A DNA stretch of 39,681 nucleotides from Rhodospirillaceae bacterium (lineage in GTDB: Bacteria > Pseudomonadota > Alphaproteobacteria > Rhodospirillales > Casp-alpha2): the NCBI GenBank assembly GCA_038152725.1, contig JAYOXJ010000001.1, positions 1 through 39,681 on the forward strand, written 5' to 3'. Below the pieces are notes generated by a model, which worked only from the letters and a program-made list of their open reading frames with translations, was not told where the DNA came from and did not search any database. Shown in pieces: positions 16,661 through 25,082 of the stretch. The stretch's first letter is position 1. Each line of letters begins with the position of its first letter. Both the position numbers and the translations under genes were made by a program.

Positions 16661-17445
16661 CGCCGGCCTCCTTCGGCTTTTCCGTCGATCTTTCCACCGA
16701 TCTTTCCCTGGGCGACGGCACGGTGATAGGTATCCTGCAACCGTTCTTCGCGTTCGGCGAACCGCACGACCTCGAGGCCGGCGCCGACGAGGTGACGAAG
16801 CAACTGGGCACGCGCATCATTGGTGGCGACGATATCGACCCGCGCCGTCCTGTCGTAGGCGACGACCGGGCCGATACCGGCGAAGGCCTCGAGCACCTCG
16901 ACCAGACGGGGGTCGGGTCCGGCCAGTTCGATCTCGACCGAAACGGGGCGACCCTCCGGCGTGCCGACGTCGACGACGCGGCCGTCCTGGATGATGATCA
17001 TGTCCGTACAGTAGTCTTCGAGTTCGGCCAGGATGTGCGACGACACCTTGTCGTCAAGGCGGTCCTCGATGTCGAGTTATTCGGCGGTCTCGCCGACCCG
17101 GCGCCTGGCGCCGGCGCGATCGATGCCGCGCATCTCGGCACCGTGCTCCAACAGTTCGCGCACCGAGAGCTCTTCGTAGAGACCGTAGAAATCGGGAAGA
17201 TATCCCATGTCGCGGTGCGCGGCGCGCGGCGCCATGGCGACGTCGTTGCCGGCGAACAACACCTTCCCCGCCGACGGCATGGCGAGACCGACGAGGCAAC
17301 GGATCAGCGTCGTCTTGCCGGCACCATTGGGCCCGACCAGCGCCGTGATACCGCCTTCCTTGACGGCCAGGTCGATGCCGAAGAGAGCGCGCTTTGCGGG
17401 ATAATCGAAGACGAGGTTTTCGGTGCTGACGATATTCGCGGCCAT
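16657..17445 (-). pseudogene. ABC transporter ATP-binding protein (ABC-2 / DUF4162-type), disrupted by an in-frame TAA and an internal deletion of the signature/Walker B region
   Basis: Reading the minus strand gives Walker A GPNGAGKTT, then GYLPDFYGLY, then ...RRRVGETAE-TAA(17079-17077)-LDIEDRLDDKV. This is directly followed by SSHILAELEDYC (H-loop region) and a DUF4162-like C-terminal domain. LSGGQ and hhhhDEP are absent. Both track ORFs (17077..17445 and 16657..17046) are in the same frame. Confidence 0.75.
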
Positions 17446-17516
17446 GGCGCGATCATATCATCGTGACCCGGTCAGTAACGGCCTAACTTTCGCCGCCGTT
17501 AATTGTCTCTGTGACG

Positions 17517-18203
17517 TCAGACCGCGTATTTGTCATGGATCATGTCGACCCAGCCGCTAGCCGCCATCCGGGACGCCTCGACGTCGTCGATGCGAACGGG
17601 AATCTCCACCATCCGGCCGGCCGGCAGTCCGACCTGCGGCTTGGGGCGCGCGGCCGCCTCTGCGTTGGTCGCCGCCCTGTATTCGGCCAAGCGCGACTTG
17701 ATCTTGGCCGGCAGTGTCGGTTCCTCGATCTGTCCGCCGATGATCAGGGCTTCGGTCAGGAACAGCAGATAGTCCTCCAGGTCGGCGGCACCGTCGAACA
17801 CGGCAGCGCGGGCCGGCGCGGCCGCGGCCGCATATTCCGCCATGCGCTCAAGCGAATCGCGGATCGTCTCGACCAGGGTCTCGGTATTGCAGGGCTTGGC
17901 CAACAGCCGGATACCGATCGCATCGAGTTTCGCCATGATTTCCGGATCGGCGTAACCGGAAAGTACGATCGGCACGGTCTCGGGGTAGCTTCCGAGCAGG
18001 GTGTCGATCAGTTCGTCGCCCTGCATGGCGGTCATCCGCATGTCGGTGACGACCACATCGGCCGGCTCGGCCTGCAATTTCTGCAGAGCGTGCTCGGCAC
18101 TGGTCACAAAACTGAGCTTCCACTCGTTGCGATACGCGCGAAGATTGCGCCGGAGTCCCTCCAGCACTTCGAACTCGTCATCGACGAACATGACATGCGT
18201 CAT
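17517..18203 (-). CDS. Response regulator: receiver domain plus an unrecognised C-terminal domain of about 100 aa
   Basis: MTHVMFVDDEFEVLEGLRRNL...DVVVTDMRMTAMQGDELI...IVLSGYAD...LAKP contains all the receiver hallmarks (DD pocket, phospho-Asp, S/T, K). GGAGGG lies 5 nt upstream of the ATG at 18203. I did not recognise the C-terminal part (from AEYAAAAAP to the end). Confidence 0.8.
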   Translation of the reverse strand: MTHVMFVDDEFEVLEGLRRNLRAYRNEWKLSFVTSAEHALQKLQAEPADVVVTDMRMTAMQGDELIDTLLGSYPETVPIVLSGYADPEIMAKLDAIGIRLLAKPCNTETLVETIRDSLERMAEYAAAAAPARAAVFDGAADLEDYLLFLTEALIIGGQIEEPTLPAKIKSRLAEYRAATNAEAAARPKPQVGLPAGRMVEIPVRIDDVEASRMAASGWVDMIHDKYAV

Positions 18204-18360
18204 GACGCCCTCCAATCGATTGAAATACTTGAATCTTGCATAGGGCCAAAAATAGAGCGCCGGCACCCGACAAAATATCCCCAAATGAGGGTGTGAAGGT
18301 GACGGTCGGGTTGTAGACCCCGGCCAGCCGCGCCATATTGTGGCCTTCGGGAGGTAACCC

Positions 18361-19326
18361 ATGATCGATATCGAAATCGTCCACGAAGTCGCCGGCCAGC
18401 TGATGGCCAAGGCGGCGATCGAGATACCGGACGACTATCTCGCCGGCATCAAGCAGGTCGCCGCCAAGGAAGACGGCGAGCTTTCGTCCTTCGTGCTGCG
18501 GGCCATGCTGGAGAATTACGAAGCCGCCAAGGAAGATCGCCGCGCCATGTGCGCCGATACCGGCGTGCCACGCTGGTATGTGAAGATCGGCAACGAGGCC
18601 GCCATCCAGGGCGGCGCCGTCGCCCTGGAAGACGCGCTCCGGCGCGCCACCGCCGAGGCGACCACCAGTGTTCCCTTGCGCCCCAACCGCGTGCACCCGC
18701 TCTGGCGCACCGATCATGACAACAACTGCGGCATCAATGCTCCCGAGATCGAATACGCATTCGAGCCGGATGGCGACTGGGTCGACATCACCACCGTGCA
18801 CAAGGGCGGCCTGTTCGGCACCGACTACCGCATGCTGTTTCCCGGCGACGGCATAGACGGCATCAAACGCTTTTTCATCGATAGCCTCGTCGCTTTCGGC
18901 AAACGCGGCCTCGCCTGCCAGCCGGCGATCATCGGCGTCGGGCTCGGCGGCTCGAAGGACACCACCATGGTGCTTGGCAAGCGTGCCGCGTGTCTGCGTA
19001 TCGTCGGCGACCGCAACCCCGACCCCAAGATCGCCGCCCTCGAAGAAGAGCTGATCGAAATCGGCAACTCCATCGGCATGGGCGCCATGGGCTTCGTCGG
19101 CAATTCCATGGTCGTCGACTGCCACATCGAGGTCGGCTATTGCCACACCGGCGGCATGCCGATGAGCGTGCACGCCTTCTGCCTATCGAGCCGGCGCGCC
19201 ACCGCGCGCGTGCATGCCGATGGCCGGGTCACGTATCGCACCGATCCGGAATGGTTCACCCCTTACATGCGACGGGAGACGGTCGAATGGTCAGCGCCAG
19301 CGGCAACCTCAAAACAGTCCGCCTGA
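18361..19326 (+). CDS. Fe-S hydro-lyase alpha subunit (class I fumarate hydratase / L(+)-tartrate dehydratase alpha type)
   Basis: 321 aa with a MCADTGVP block (cf. the CQDTG block of class I fumarases/TtdA) and later Cys residues (GYCHTGG, AFCLSS). GGGAGG is present upstream. Confidence 0.85.
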   Translation: MIDIEIVHEVAGQLMAKAAIEIPDDYLAGIKQVAAKEDGELSSFVLRAMLENYEAAKEDRRAMCADTGVPRWYVKIGNEAAIQGGAVALEDALRRATAEATTSVPLRPNRVHPLWRTDHDNNCGINAPEIEYAFEPDGDWVDITTVHKGGLFGTDYRMLFPGDGIDGIKRFFIDSLVAFGKRGLACQPAIIGVGLGGSKDTTMVLGKRAACLRIVGDRNPDPKIAALEEELIEIGNSIGMGAMGFVGNSMVVDCHIEVGYCHTGGMPMSVHAFCLSSRRATARVHADGRVTYRTDPEWFTPYMRRETVEWSAPAATSKQSA

Positions 19327-19967
19327 GCACCAATCCGAGCGCGGAAGAACTCCGCAAGCTCGAGATCGGCAACATCGTCTATCTCGACGGTGTCGTCTAC
19401 ACGGGTCGCGAAGGCGTCTATACCAAGGTGATCGAGAAAGGCGCGGACGTGCCGCTCGACCTGCCTGCGGTCAGTGCCGCCAACTTCCATTGCTCGCCGG
19501 CCGCCGCCGTCAACCCGGACGGCAGCTTCAACCTGCGCGCCGTCACCGCCACCGCGTCGTTCCGCTTTTCTAAATGGATGAAAAAGTGGTTCGAGCTTTC
19601 GGGCGCCAAGCTGATCATCGGTAAGGGCGGCATGTCGGGCGAAGACTACCGCGACCTTTTCGTTCCGGCCGGCGCCGTCTACCTCACCACGGTCGGCTAC
19701 GGCACCGGCGCGCTCTTAGGCCGCGGCGTCAAGAAGGTCCGCGACGCCATATGGCTCAAGGAACTCGGCATCGCCCAGGCCATGTGGGTGCTCGAGGTCG
19801 AGAATTTTGGCCCTTTCATCTGCGACAGCGACTTGGACGGCAATTCGCTGTTCGAACGCGAGAATCAGCGCATCTCACAAGGTTTGGGCCGCGTCTACGA
19901 GGGCACCAAGCCGGCGATCCTCAAGCGTTACGGCGAAACCGACGACCGCTCGGACGAGTTGATCTGA
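19287..19967 (+). CDS. Fe-S hydro-lyase beta subunit (fumarate hydratase / tartrate dehydratase beta type)
   Basis: 226 aa with LEIGNIVYLDGVVYTGREGVY, CSPAAAV, KLIIGKGGMS and YLTTVGYGTGALL, typical of the beta/C-terminal catalytic domain. The first ATG overlaps the alpha gene by 40 nt. Confidence 0.8.
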   Translation: MVSASGNLKTVRLSTNPSAEELRKLEIGNIVYLDGVVYTGREGVYTKVIEKGADVPLDLPAVSAANFHCSPAAAVNPDGSFNLRAVTATASFRFSKWMKKWFELSGAKLIIGKGGMSGEDYRDLFVPAGAVYLTTVGYGTGALLGRGVKKVRDAIWLKELGIAQAMWVLEVENFGPFICDSDLDGNSLFERENQRISQGLGRVYEGTKPAILKRYGETDDRSDELI

Positions 19968-20179
19968 ACCGATGCGGGAATGGAAAAGCCGCCGAAGGAT
20001 GACGCGTCGATTGCCTAACGCATGGACGAACGCATGTCGGATCAGGACGGACTGATCGCCGCCTTCGGCGTCATCTTGGTTGGGCAGCCTTCCCTGCATT
20101 CAAATGCCGGAGGCGTTCGCGGCCTTGGCGGCCAGCATCCTCGTATTGTGCCTATTCAAAATCTGATGGTTGTGAACGA

Positions 20180-22564
20180 ATGATCCATCTGACGTCTCCC
20201 TGGCTCTCGCGATGGATCCGGCTGCTGATCGTCGGCGCGGTTCTCGGTGGCGTACCCTTCTTCGGGCCCAGTGCGGCAGAACCCCAGCGTCCGGCGCAAT
20301 CGACCATCGAATCCTGGGATGCCGGCGTCGATTCTATTGCGGCTAGGCTCAAGGCCGGCGACACCTCCATCCAGGAAGAACGCCAGTTGCGGCGACGGCT
20401 GCAGACAACCGCCAACGCCGCCTTCGTCGCCGAACGTGACGCCACCGCACGCGCCAGCCGGATCAAGGGCCTGCTCGCGGCGCTCGGCCCCAAACCGAAG
20501 CAGGGCGAGGAAACCGCGTCCGTAAAGAAGCGCCGCCAGGACCTGGAAGCGGATCTGGCGCTTTATGAGGGGAAGGCAAAGCAGCTCAAACTCATTCTGG
20601 CTAAGACGCGGCAGGTGACCGACGAGCTCGAGTCGCGTTCGCGTCAGCGCCTGTCCAAGCAGTTGTTCGAGCGCACGGTGACGCCGATCGGCTATAGGGC
20701 CTGGGCCGCCGCGATCCCGGAAGCCGGCGACCTTTTCCACCAGACGGCAATCGAGGCGCCGCGCCAATGGTGGCGGGATTTCATGACCCAGGAGGAAGAG
20801 CGCCGCGCGGTCTCGCGCAACGTCCTCGTCATCCTGGCGTTGTCGATCGCGGCGGTGCTCGCCGGCCGCTGGTCGCGCCGGCGTTTCGGCCGGGTTCATG
20901 GCATCGAGGAACCGACCTACAGCCGCCGCGTCCTCGCCGGATTGGCCGAGGGCGTCGGCCGCACCGTCGGCCCCATCGTCTTCGTCATCCTGACCGGGCT
21001 GACAATCCTGGACGCGGACATCACCCAAGGCACGGTGGCGGCACTCGTCGTCGCGCTGATGAAAAGCCTCACGGTGTTCCTGCTCGGCCACGCGTTGATC
21101 AACGCCACGCTGACATCCAAGCGCCAGCAGTGGCGCCTGCTCGATCTCGATCCCGCGGCATCGCGGTACCTGGTAACACGGCTCCGACTTACCCTCGTCG
21201 TCTTCCTGGTGCTCAACGGCTCACGCCTGGCCGTGTCCTGGGCGACGCCGTCGGCGGAACTGGAGGCGGTTTCCGCCCTGGTCTTCGCTCTCGCCATGGT
21301 GCCGCTGCTGATTTCGCTGGTTTCAAACAAGGCATGGCAGAAGGCCGGTGCAGAGCCGACCACTGCACCTTTTCGGCGCTGGCGCGCCTTCGCTATTCTC
21401 GCATTCGGTACATTCCCCATCGTCGCCGCCATCGGCTATCCAGGCCTTGCCACCTATCTGATCAAGTGCGTCGTCGTCACCTCGGTCTTCGGCGCCGCGA
21501 TCCTGGCACTCCGCGCCGCCGGGCGCGAAGGCCTGGCGGCAGCACTCGATTCCGAACGCCGGATCGGACGAGCCATGGCCGATACGCTGGCGCTCGATGC
21601 ATCCACCACCCGCCAGATCGTGTTCTGGCTGCGCGTCCTGCTCGACATCGTGCTGCTCGCCCTGGCCGGATTGCTGCTTCCGCAGGTCTGGGGGTTCAGC
21701 ACGGAAGAAACACTGGGCTCCGCCGGCACCCTGTTGCAGGGCATCAAGATCGGCTCCTATACGCTGTCGCTGGTCGACATCATGGTCGGTGTCGCGCTGT
21801 TCTCCGGCCTGATCTTCCTTACGCATCTGCTGCAGCGTGGCCTTGAGCGCCATCTGCTGCCCAACCTGTCCAGCGACAAGGGTGTTCGCGACGCATTGAA
21901 GACCGGCGTCGGCTACGTCGGCTTCGTCATCGCGTCGCTGGTCGGCATCTCGGCGCTCGGGCTCGACCTTTCCAACCTGGCGCTGATCGCCGGCGCGCTC
22001 TCGGTCGGCCTCGGCTTCGGGCTCCAGAACGTGGTCAACAATTTCGTCTCCGGGCTGGTCTTGCTGGTCGAACGCCCGATCAAGGCCGGCGACTGGGTTG
22101 TCATCGGCGGCCAGGAAGGCAAGGTCAAGAAAGTCAACGTCCGCTCGACCGAGGTCGAGACCTTCCAGCGCGCCAGCGTCATCATCCCCAATGCCGATCT
22201 GATCTCGTCGCCGGTGGTCAACTGGACGCACAAGAACATGCTCGGCCGTGTCGAGGTCAGCGTCGGCGTCGCCTACGGCGCCGACCCGCGCAAGGTCGAG
22301 AAAATCCTAGTCGATTGCGCCAAGGCGCATCCAAACGTCATCGCCACACCGGAGCCTTTCGTCTTGTTCATGGATTTCGGCGACAGTGCTCTGGTGTTTG
22401 AGTTGCGCGCGTTTCTCAGCGACGTCGAGAAGCGCATATTGACAAGCTCCGATCTCCGCTTCGCCATCAACGACGCTTTTCATGCTGCTGGCATCGAGAT
22501 TCCGTTCCCGCAGCGCGTCCTTCATATGGCGACGGGAGCCGAGCCACCGAAGGCGGAGAGCTAG
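20180..22564 (+). CDS. Mechanosensitive ion channel, MscK/KefA-like (large periplasmic/coiled N-terminal region, multiple TMs and an MscS core)
   Basis: 794 aa with a signal-like N-terminus and a coiled-coil region. Multiple TM helices are followed by the MscS core ALSVGLGFGLQNVVNNFVSGLVLLVERPIKAGDWVVIGGQEGKVKKVNVRSTEVETF. Confidence 0.85.
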   Translation: MIHLTSPWLSRWIRLLIVGAVLGGVPFFGPSAAEPQRPAQSTIESWDAGVDSIAARLKAGDTSIQEERQLRRRLQTTANAAFVAERDATARASRIKGLLAALGPKPKQGEETASVKKRRQDLEADLALYEGKAKQLKLILAKTRQVTDELESRSRQRLSKQLFERTVTPIGYRAWAAAIPEAGDLFHQTAIEAPRQWWRDFMTQEEERRAVSRNVLVILALSIAAVLAGRWSRRRFGRVHGIEEPTYSRRVLAGLAEGVGRTVGPIVFVILTGLTILDADITQGTVAALVVALMKSLTVFLLGHALINATLTSKRQQWRLLDLDPAASRYLVTRLRLTLVVFLVLNGSRLAVSWATPSAELEAVSALVFALAMVPLLISLVSNKAWQKAGAEPTTAPFRRWRAFAILAFGTFPIVAAIGYPGLATYLIKCVVVTSVFGAAILALRAAGREGLAAALDSERRIGRAMADTLALDASTTRQIVFWLRVLLDIVLLALAGLLLPQVWGFSTEETLGSAGTLLQGIKIGSYTLSLVDIMVGVALFSGLIFLTHLLQRGLERHLLPNLSSDKGVRDALKTGVGYVGFVIASLVGISALGLDLSNLALIAGALSVGLGFGLQNVVNNFVSGLVLLVERPIKAGDWVVIGGQEGKVKKVNVRSTEVETFQRASVIIPNADLISSPVVNWTHKNMLGRVEVSVGVAYGADPRKVEKILVDCAKAHPNVIATPEPFVLFMDFGDSALVFELRAFLSDVEKRILTSSDLRFAINDAFHAAGIEIPFPQRVLHMATGAEPPKAES

Positions 22565-23175
22565 GGGAGCAGCGTCTCGAGCGAGGCGAAGCGCGGGCGG
22601 AACAGCGCGAAGCTGTAGACCTGACCGGCGTTCAGCACGCTGGTCGCCAGCATCGGCTGGTAATCGTAGAATACCTCGACGGCGATCACGTTCTCATCCG
22701 AGCGTACGACGAAATCCTGCGGCAGTTGCGCGACGCCACCCTGCACCCCGAAATGGCTCCCGCCGCTGCCGCCACCGTAGCCGCGCTGCCACACGACGCG
22801 CGGTTCCGAGCCCGTCGGGTTGGTCAACGATGAGACGACGATACGCCCGTCGCTGTCGACCGGATAGGGCGTCATCACGTGGCGCGCGGCGCCGACGAGA
22901 TTTAGGAGCGCTGCTTCCGACAGCGCCTCCGACTGCGCCACGAGATCGGCCATGGTCGCCGAGGTCCACTCGACCTTCTGGTTGAGGAGCACGTAGCGGG
23001 TGACCTCGACGCCGGCAACCATCAGCGCGAACACCACCGGCACCGACATGGCGAGTTCCACCGCCAGGGTGCCGGCCTCGTGCCCGAGGAACCGCCGCCA
23101 CATCGCCGACCACCAGGTTCCCCGCCACCAGGGCTGGTGTCGTCCGGTCGACCGATAGGGTGTGCTTACCGCCAT
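22561..23175 (-). CDS. TadE/TadG-family pilus assembly (pseudopilin-like) protein
   Basis: TadE-type N-terminus GHEAGTLAVELAMSVPVVFALMVAGVEVTRYVL. GAGG lies 5 nt upstream of the ATG at 23175. An alternative ATG at 23103 would give 180 aa. Confidence 0.7.
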   Translation of the reverse strand: MAVSTPYRSTGRHQPWWRGTWWSAMWRRFLGHEAGTLAVELAMSVPVVFALMVAGVEVTRYVLLNQKVEWTSATMADLVAQSEALSEAALLNLVGAARHVMTPYPVDSDGRIVVSSLTNPTGSEPRVVWQRGYGGGSGGSHFGVQGGVAQLPQDFVVRSDENVIAVEVFYDYQPMLATSVLNAGQVYSFALFRPRFASLETLLP

Positions 23176-23193
23176 CGCTGCCTCATGCCTCGC

Positions 23194-23784
23194 TCAGGAT
23201 TCCCAAGGCTCGTTGCGGACCGCGACGGCAGCCTTGAGCGAAAAATGTCCGTCCACGCCGATGACGTGGCCGAGCAGCGGCGTCAGCAATGGCCAATCGT
23301 AATTCATGCGATAGACGACGATGTCCCCAGCACCGCCGGCGCCGGGCGCGCCGACGTCGGCGTCCCACTGGCCGTTTCCGTTCTCGTCGGTGAAGGTCTC
23401 ACCCGGGTCGTACTTGCCGTTGGCATTGCCGTCGATGAAGGCTTCGCCGCGGCCGATGTCGCCGTAGCCGGGATAGACCATGACCTCGACCTGGGCGGCG
23501 GTCATGTCGATGAGGCCGAGCGTGCGGTTGGCGATAATGTCGAGGATGCGCTCGAGCCGGGTTTGCGCTTCCGGCTCCTGGCCGGTGATGCCAAAGCGCG
23601 CGGCATCGCGGAGACCGCTCTCCATCAGGGTCGAGGTGAACATGATCATGCCGAATTCCATGGTGCCGACCACCATCAGCACCAACGGCATGGCCGCGAA
23701 CGCGAACTCAACGGAAGGCGAACCGGACTCGTCGCGGAGGCATTTTGAAAATGGTCGGATCAAGCGTCGCAGCATCTTTGGCAT
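23194..23784 (-). CDS. TadE-family pilus assembly (pseudopilin-like) protein with two DxNxNGxxD Ca-binding-like loops
   Basis: TadE-type N-terminus ESGSPSVEFAFAAMPLVLMVVGTMEFGMIMF. The start is either the ATG at 23784 or, more likely, the ATG at 23775, which lies 10 nt after AGGAG. Confidence 0.7.
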   Translation of the reverse strand: MPKMLRRLIRPFSKCLRDESGSPSVEFAFAAMPLVLMVVGTMEFGMIMFTSTLMESGLRDAARFGITGQEPEAQTRLERILDIIANRTLGLIDMTAAQVEVMVYPGYGDIGRGEAFIDGNANGKYDPGETFTDENGNGQWDADVGAPGAGGAGDIVVYRMNYDWPLLTPLLGHVIGVDGHFSLKAAVAVRNEPWES

Positions 23785-23881
23785 ACTCCTGACGACCCTA
23801 TTATGGCCGCCCGAACGCACCGCCACGAATGAATTAAATGCCGGCAAATAAAGATAAAATTTTATCGATTCCGGTGCCGCG

Positions 23882-25069
23882 TCAGGCGGTCAGGCGGGCC
23901 ACCGCGGCGCAGAAACGCGCGATCTCGTCTTCCGTGTTGTAGTAATGGATGGAGGCACGCACCACCGCGTCTAAGCCGCGTTTCGTCATATCGAGGCGCG
24001 TGCTGGAAACCTTGGACGCGGTGCAGTTGATGGCGTCGGCGCGGAGCTTTTCCTTGAGCACCGCCGGCGGGACGCCGTCGACGGTAAAGGTGACGATGCC
24101 GCCTTTCTCGCGCCCGATATCGCGGATTGTGACGCCGGAAATCTCGGCGAGTTCGCCGCGCAGCCGCTCGGCCAGCTGCCGGATGCGCGCGAAGATCGCG
24201 TCCTGTCCGAGCGCATTGGCGTAATCGACGGCGACACCGAGCCCGATTTGTCCGGCGACGTTGAATTCCCAGTTTTCGAAGCGCTTTGCGTCGTCGCGGA
24301 GCTTGTAGCTGTCGGCGGCCGTCCAAACCGCGCCGTGCAGGTCGAGCATCGGTGGCTCGATGCGTTCGATCAGGCTCTTTTTGATATAGAGAAAGCCGGT
24401 GCCGCGCGGTCCGCGCAGATACTTCCGCCCTGTCACCGAAAGCGCATCGCAGCCGATTTTTTCGACATCGAGCGGCACCTGGCCCGCCGACTGGCAGGCG
24501 TCGAGCAGATAGGGAATGCCGTGTTCGCGGGCAATCTCGCCGACCGCGGCGGCCGGATTGATCAGGCCGCCGTTGGTCGGCACATGGGTGATGGCGATCA
24601 GCTTGACCCGCCCATCGATCATGCGCCGCAAAGCTGCCACATCGAGCTCACCCTCCGGCGTACTCGGCACAACCTCGACGACAGCACCGGTGCGCCGGGC
24701 GACCTGCAAATAGGCAATGTAGTTCGACGCGTATTCCGCTTCCGCCGTGAGGATACGGTCGCCCGCCTTGAAGCCGGCAGCAAGGCCGTAGAACGCCGCT
24801 TGCCAGGCGACGGTGGCGTTTTCCATCAACGCAATCTCGTCGGCACCGCAGTTGAGAAATTTTGCCAGCGCCCGGTAGGTGTTCTCGAAAGCATCGCGCG
24901 CACGGTCATGCGCCTCGTAGGCGCCAATCTCCGCTTCGAGGCGAAGATGGCTGGTGACCGCGTCCAGCACCGGCGTCGCCATCAGGCCAGCACCGGCATT
25001 GTTGAAATGAATGACATGATCGGTTCCAGGTGTGTCGGCGCGTACCGTCGCGACATCGATTTCCTTCAT
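23882..25069 (-). CDS. Aminotransferase class V-fold PLP-dependent enzyme (cysteine desulfurase / selenocysteine lyase-like)
   Basis: 395 aa with HFNNAGAG, HVPTNGG, DACQSAG and SVTGRKYLRGPRGTGFLY (PLP-Lys block), plus a C-terminal VRASIHYYNTEDEI. GGGAGGGGG lies upstream of the ATG at 25069. Confidence 0.85.
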   Translation of the reverse strand: MKEIDVATVRADTPGTDHVIHFNNAGAGLMATPVLDAVTSHLRLEAEIGAYEAHDRARDAFENTYRALAKFLNCGADEIALMENATVAWQAAFYGLAAGFKAGDRILTAEAEYASNYIAYLQVARRTGAVVEVVPSTPEGELDVAALRRMIDGRVKLIAITHVPTNGGLINPAAAVGEIAREHGIPYLLDACQSAGQVPLDVEKIGCDALSVTGRKYLRGPRGTGFLYIKKSLIERIEPPMLDLHGAVWTAADSYKLRDDAKRFENWEFNVAGQIGLGVAVDYANALGQDAIFARIRQLAERLRGELAEISGVTIRDIGREKGGIVTFTVDGVPPAVLKEKLRADAINCTASKVSSTRLDMTKRGLDAVVRASIHYYNTEDEIARFCAAVARLTA

Positions 25070-25082
25070 CGCCCCCTCCCTG

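Noticed and set aside
16677-16713. 12-nt tandem repeat (tttccNNNgatc, about 2.5 copies) encoding GKIGGKIDGK
   Set aside because: It is too short and too few in copy number to be a CRISPR or VNTR-type feature. It lies inside the decayed ATPase tail, so it is noted under that finding only.
17077-17079. In-frame TAA in the ABC ATPase as possible programmed recoding or read-through
   Set aside because: TAA is not a Sec/Pyl codon and no recoding signal is evident. Even with read-through, the protein would lack the ABC signature and Walker B motifs, so pseudogenisation is the simpler reading.
20023-20193. Roughly 56-codon ORF (MDERMSDQDGLIAAFGVILVGQPSLH...) in the gap between the hydro-lyase and MscK-like genes
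   Set aside because: It has no SD, overlaps the mscK-like start, and has no recognisable motif. A single hydrophobic stretch is not enough to call a small membrane protein.
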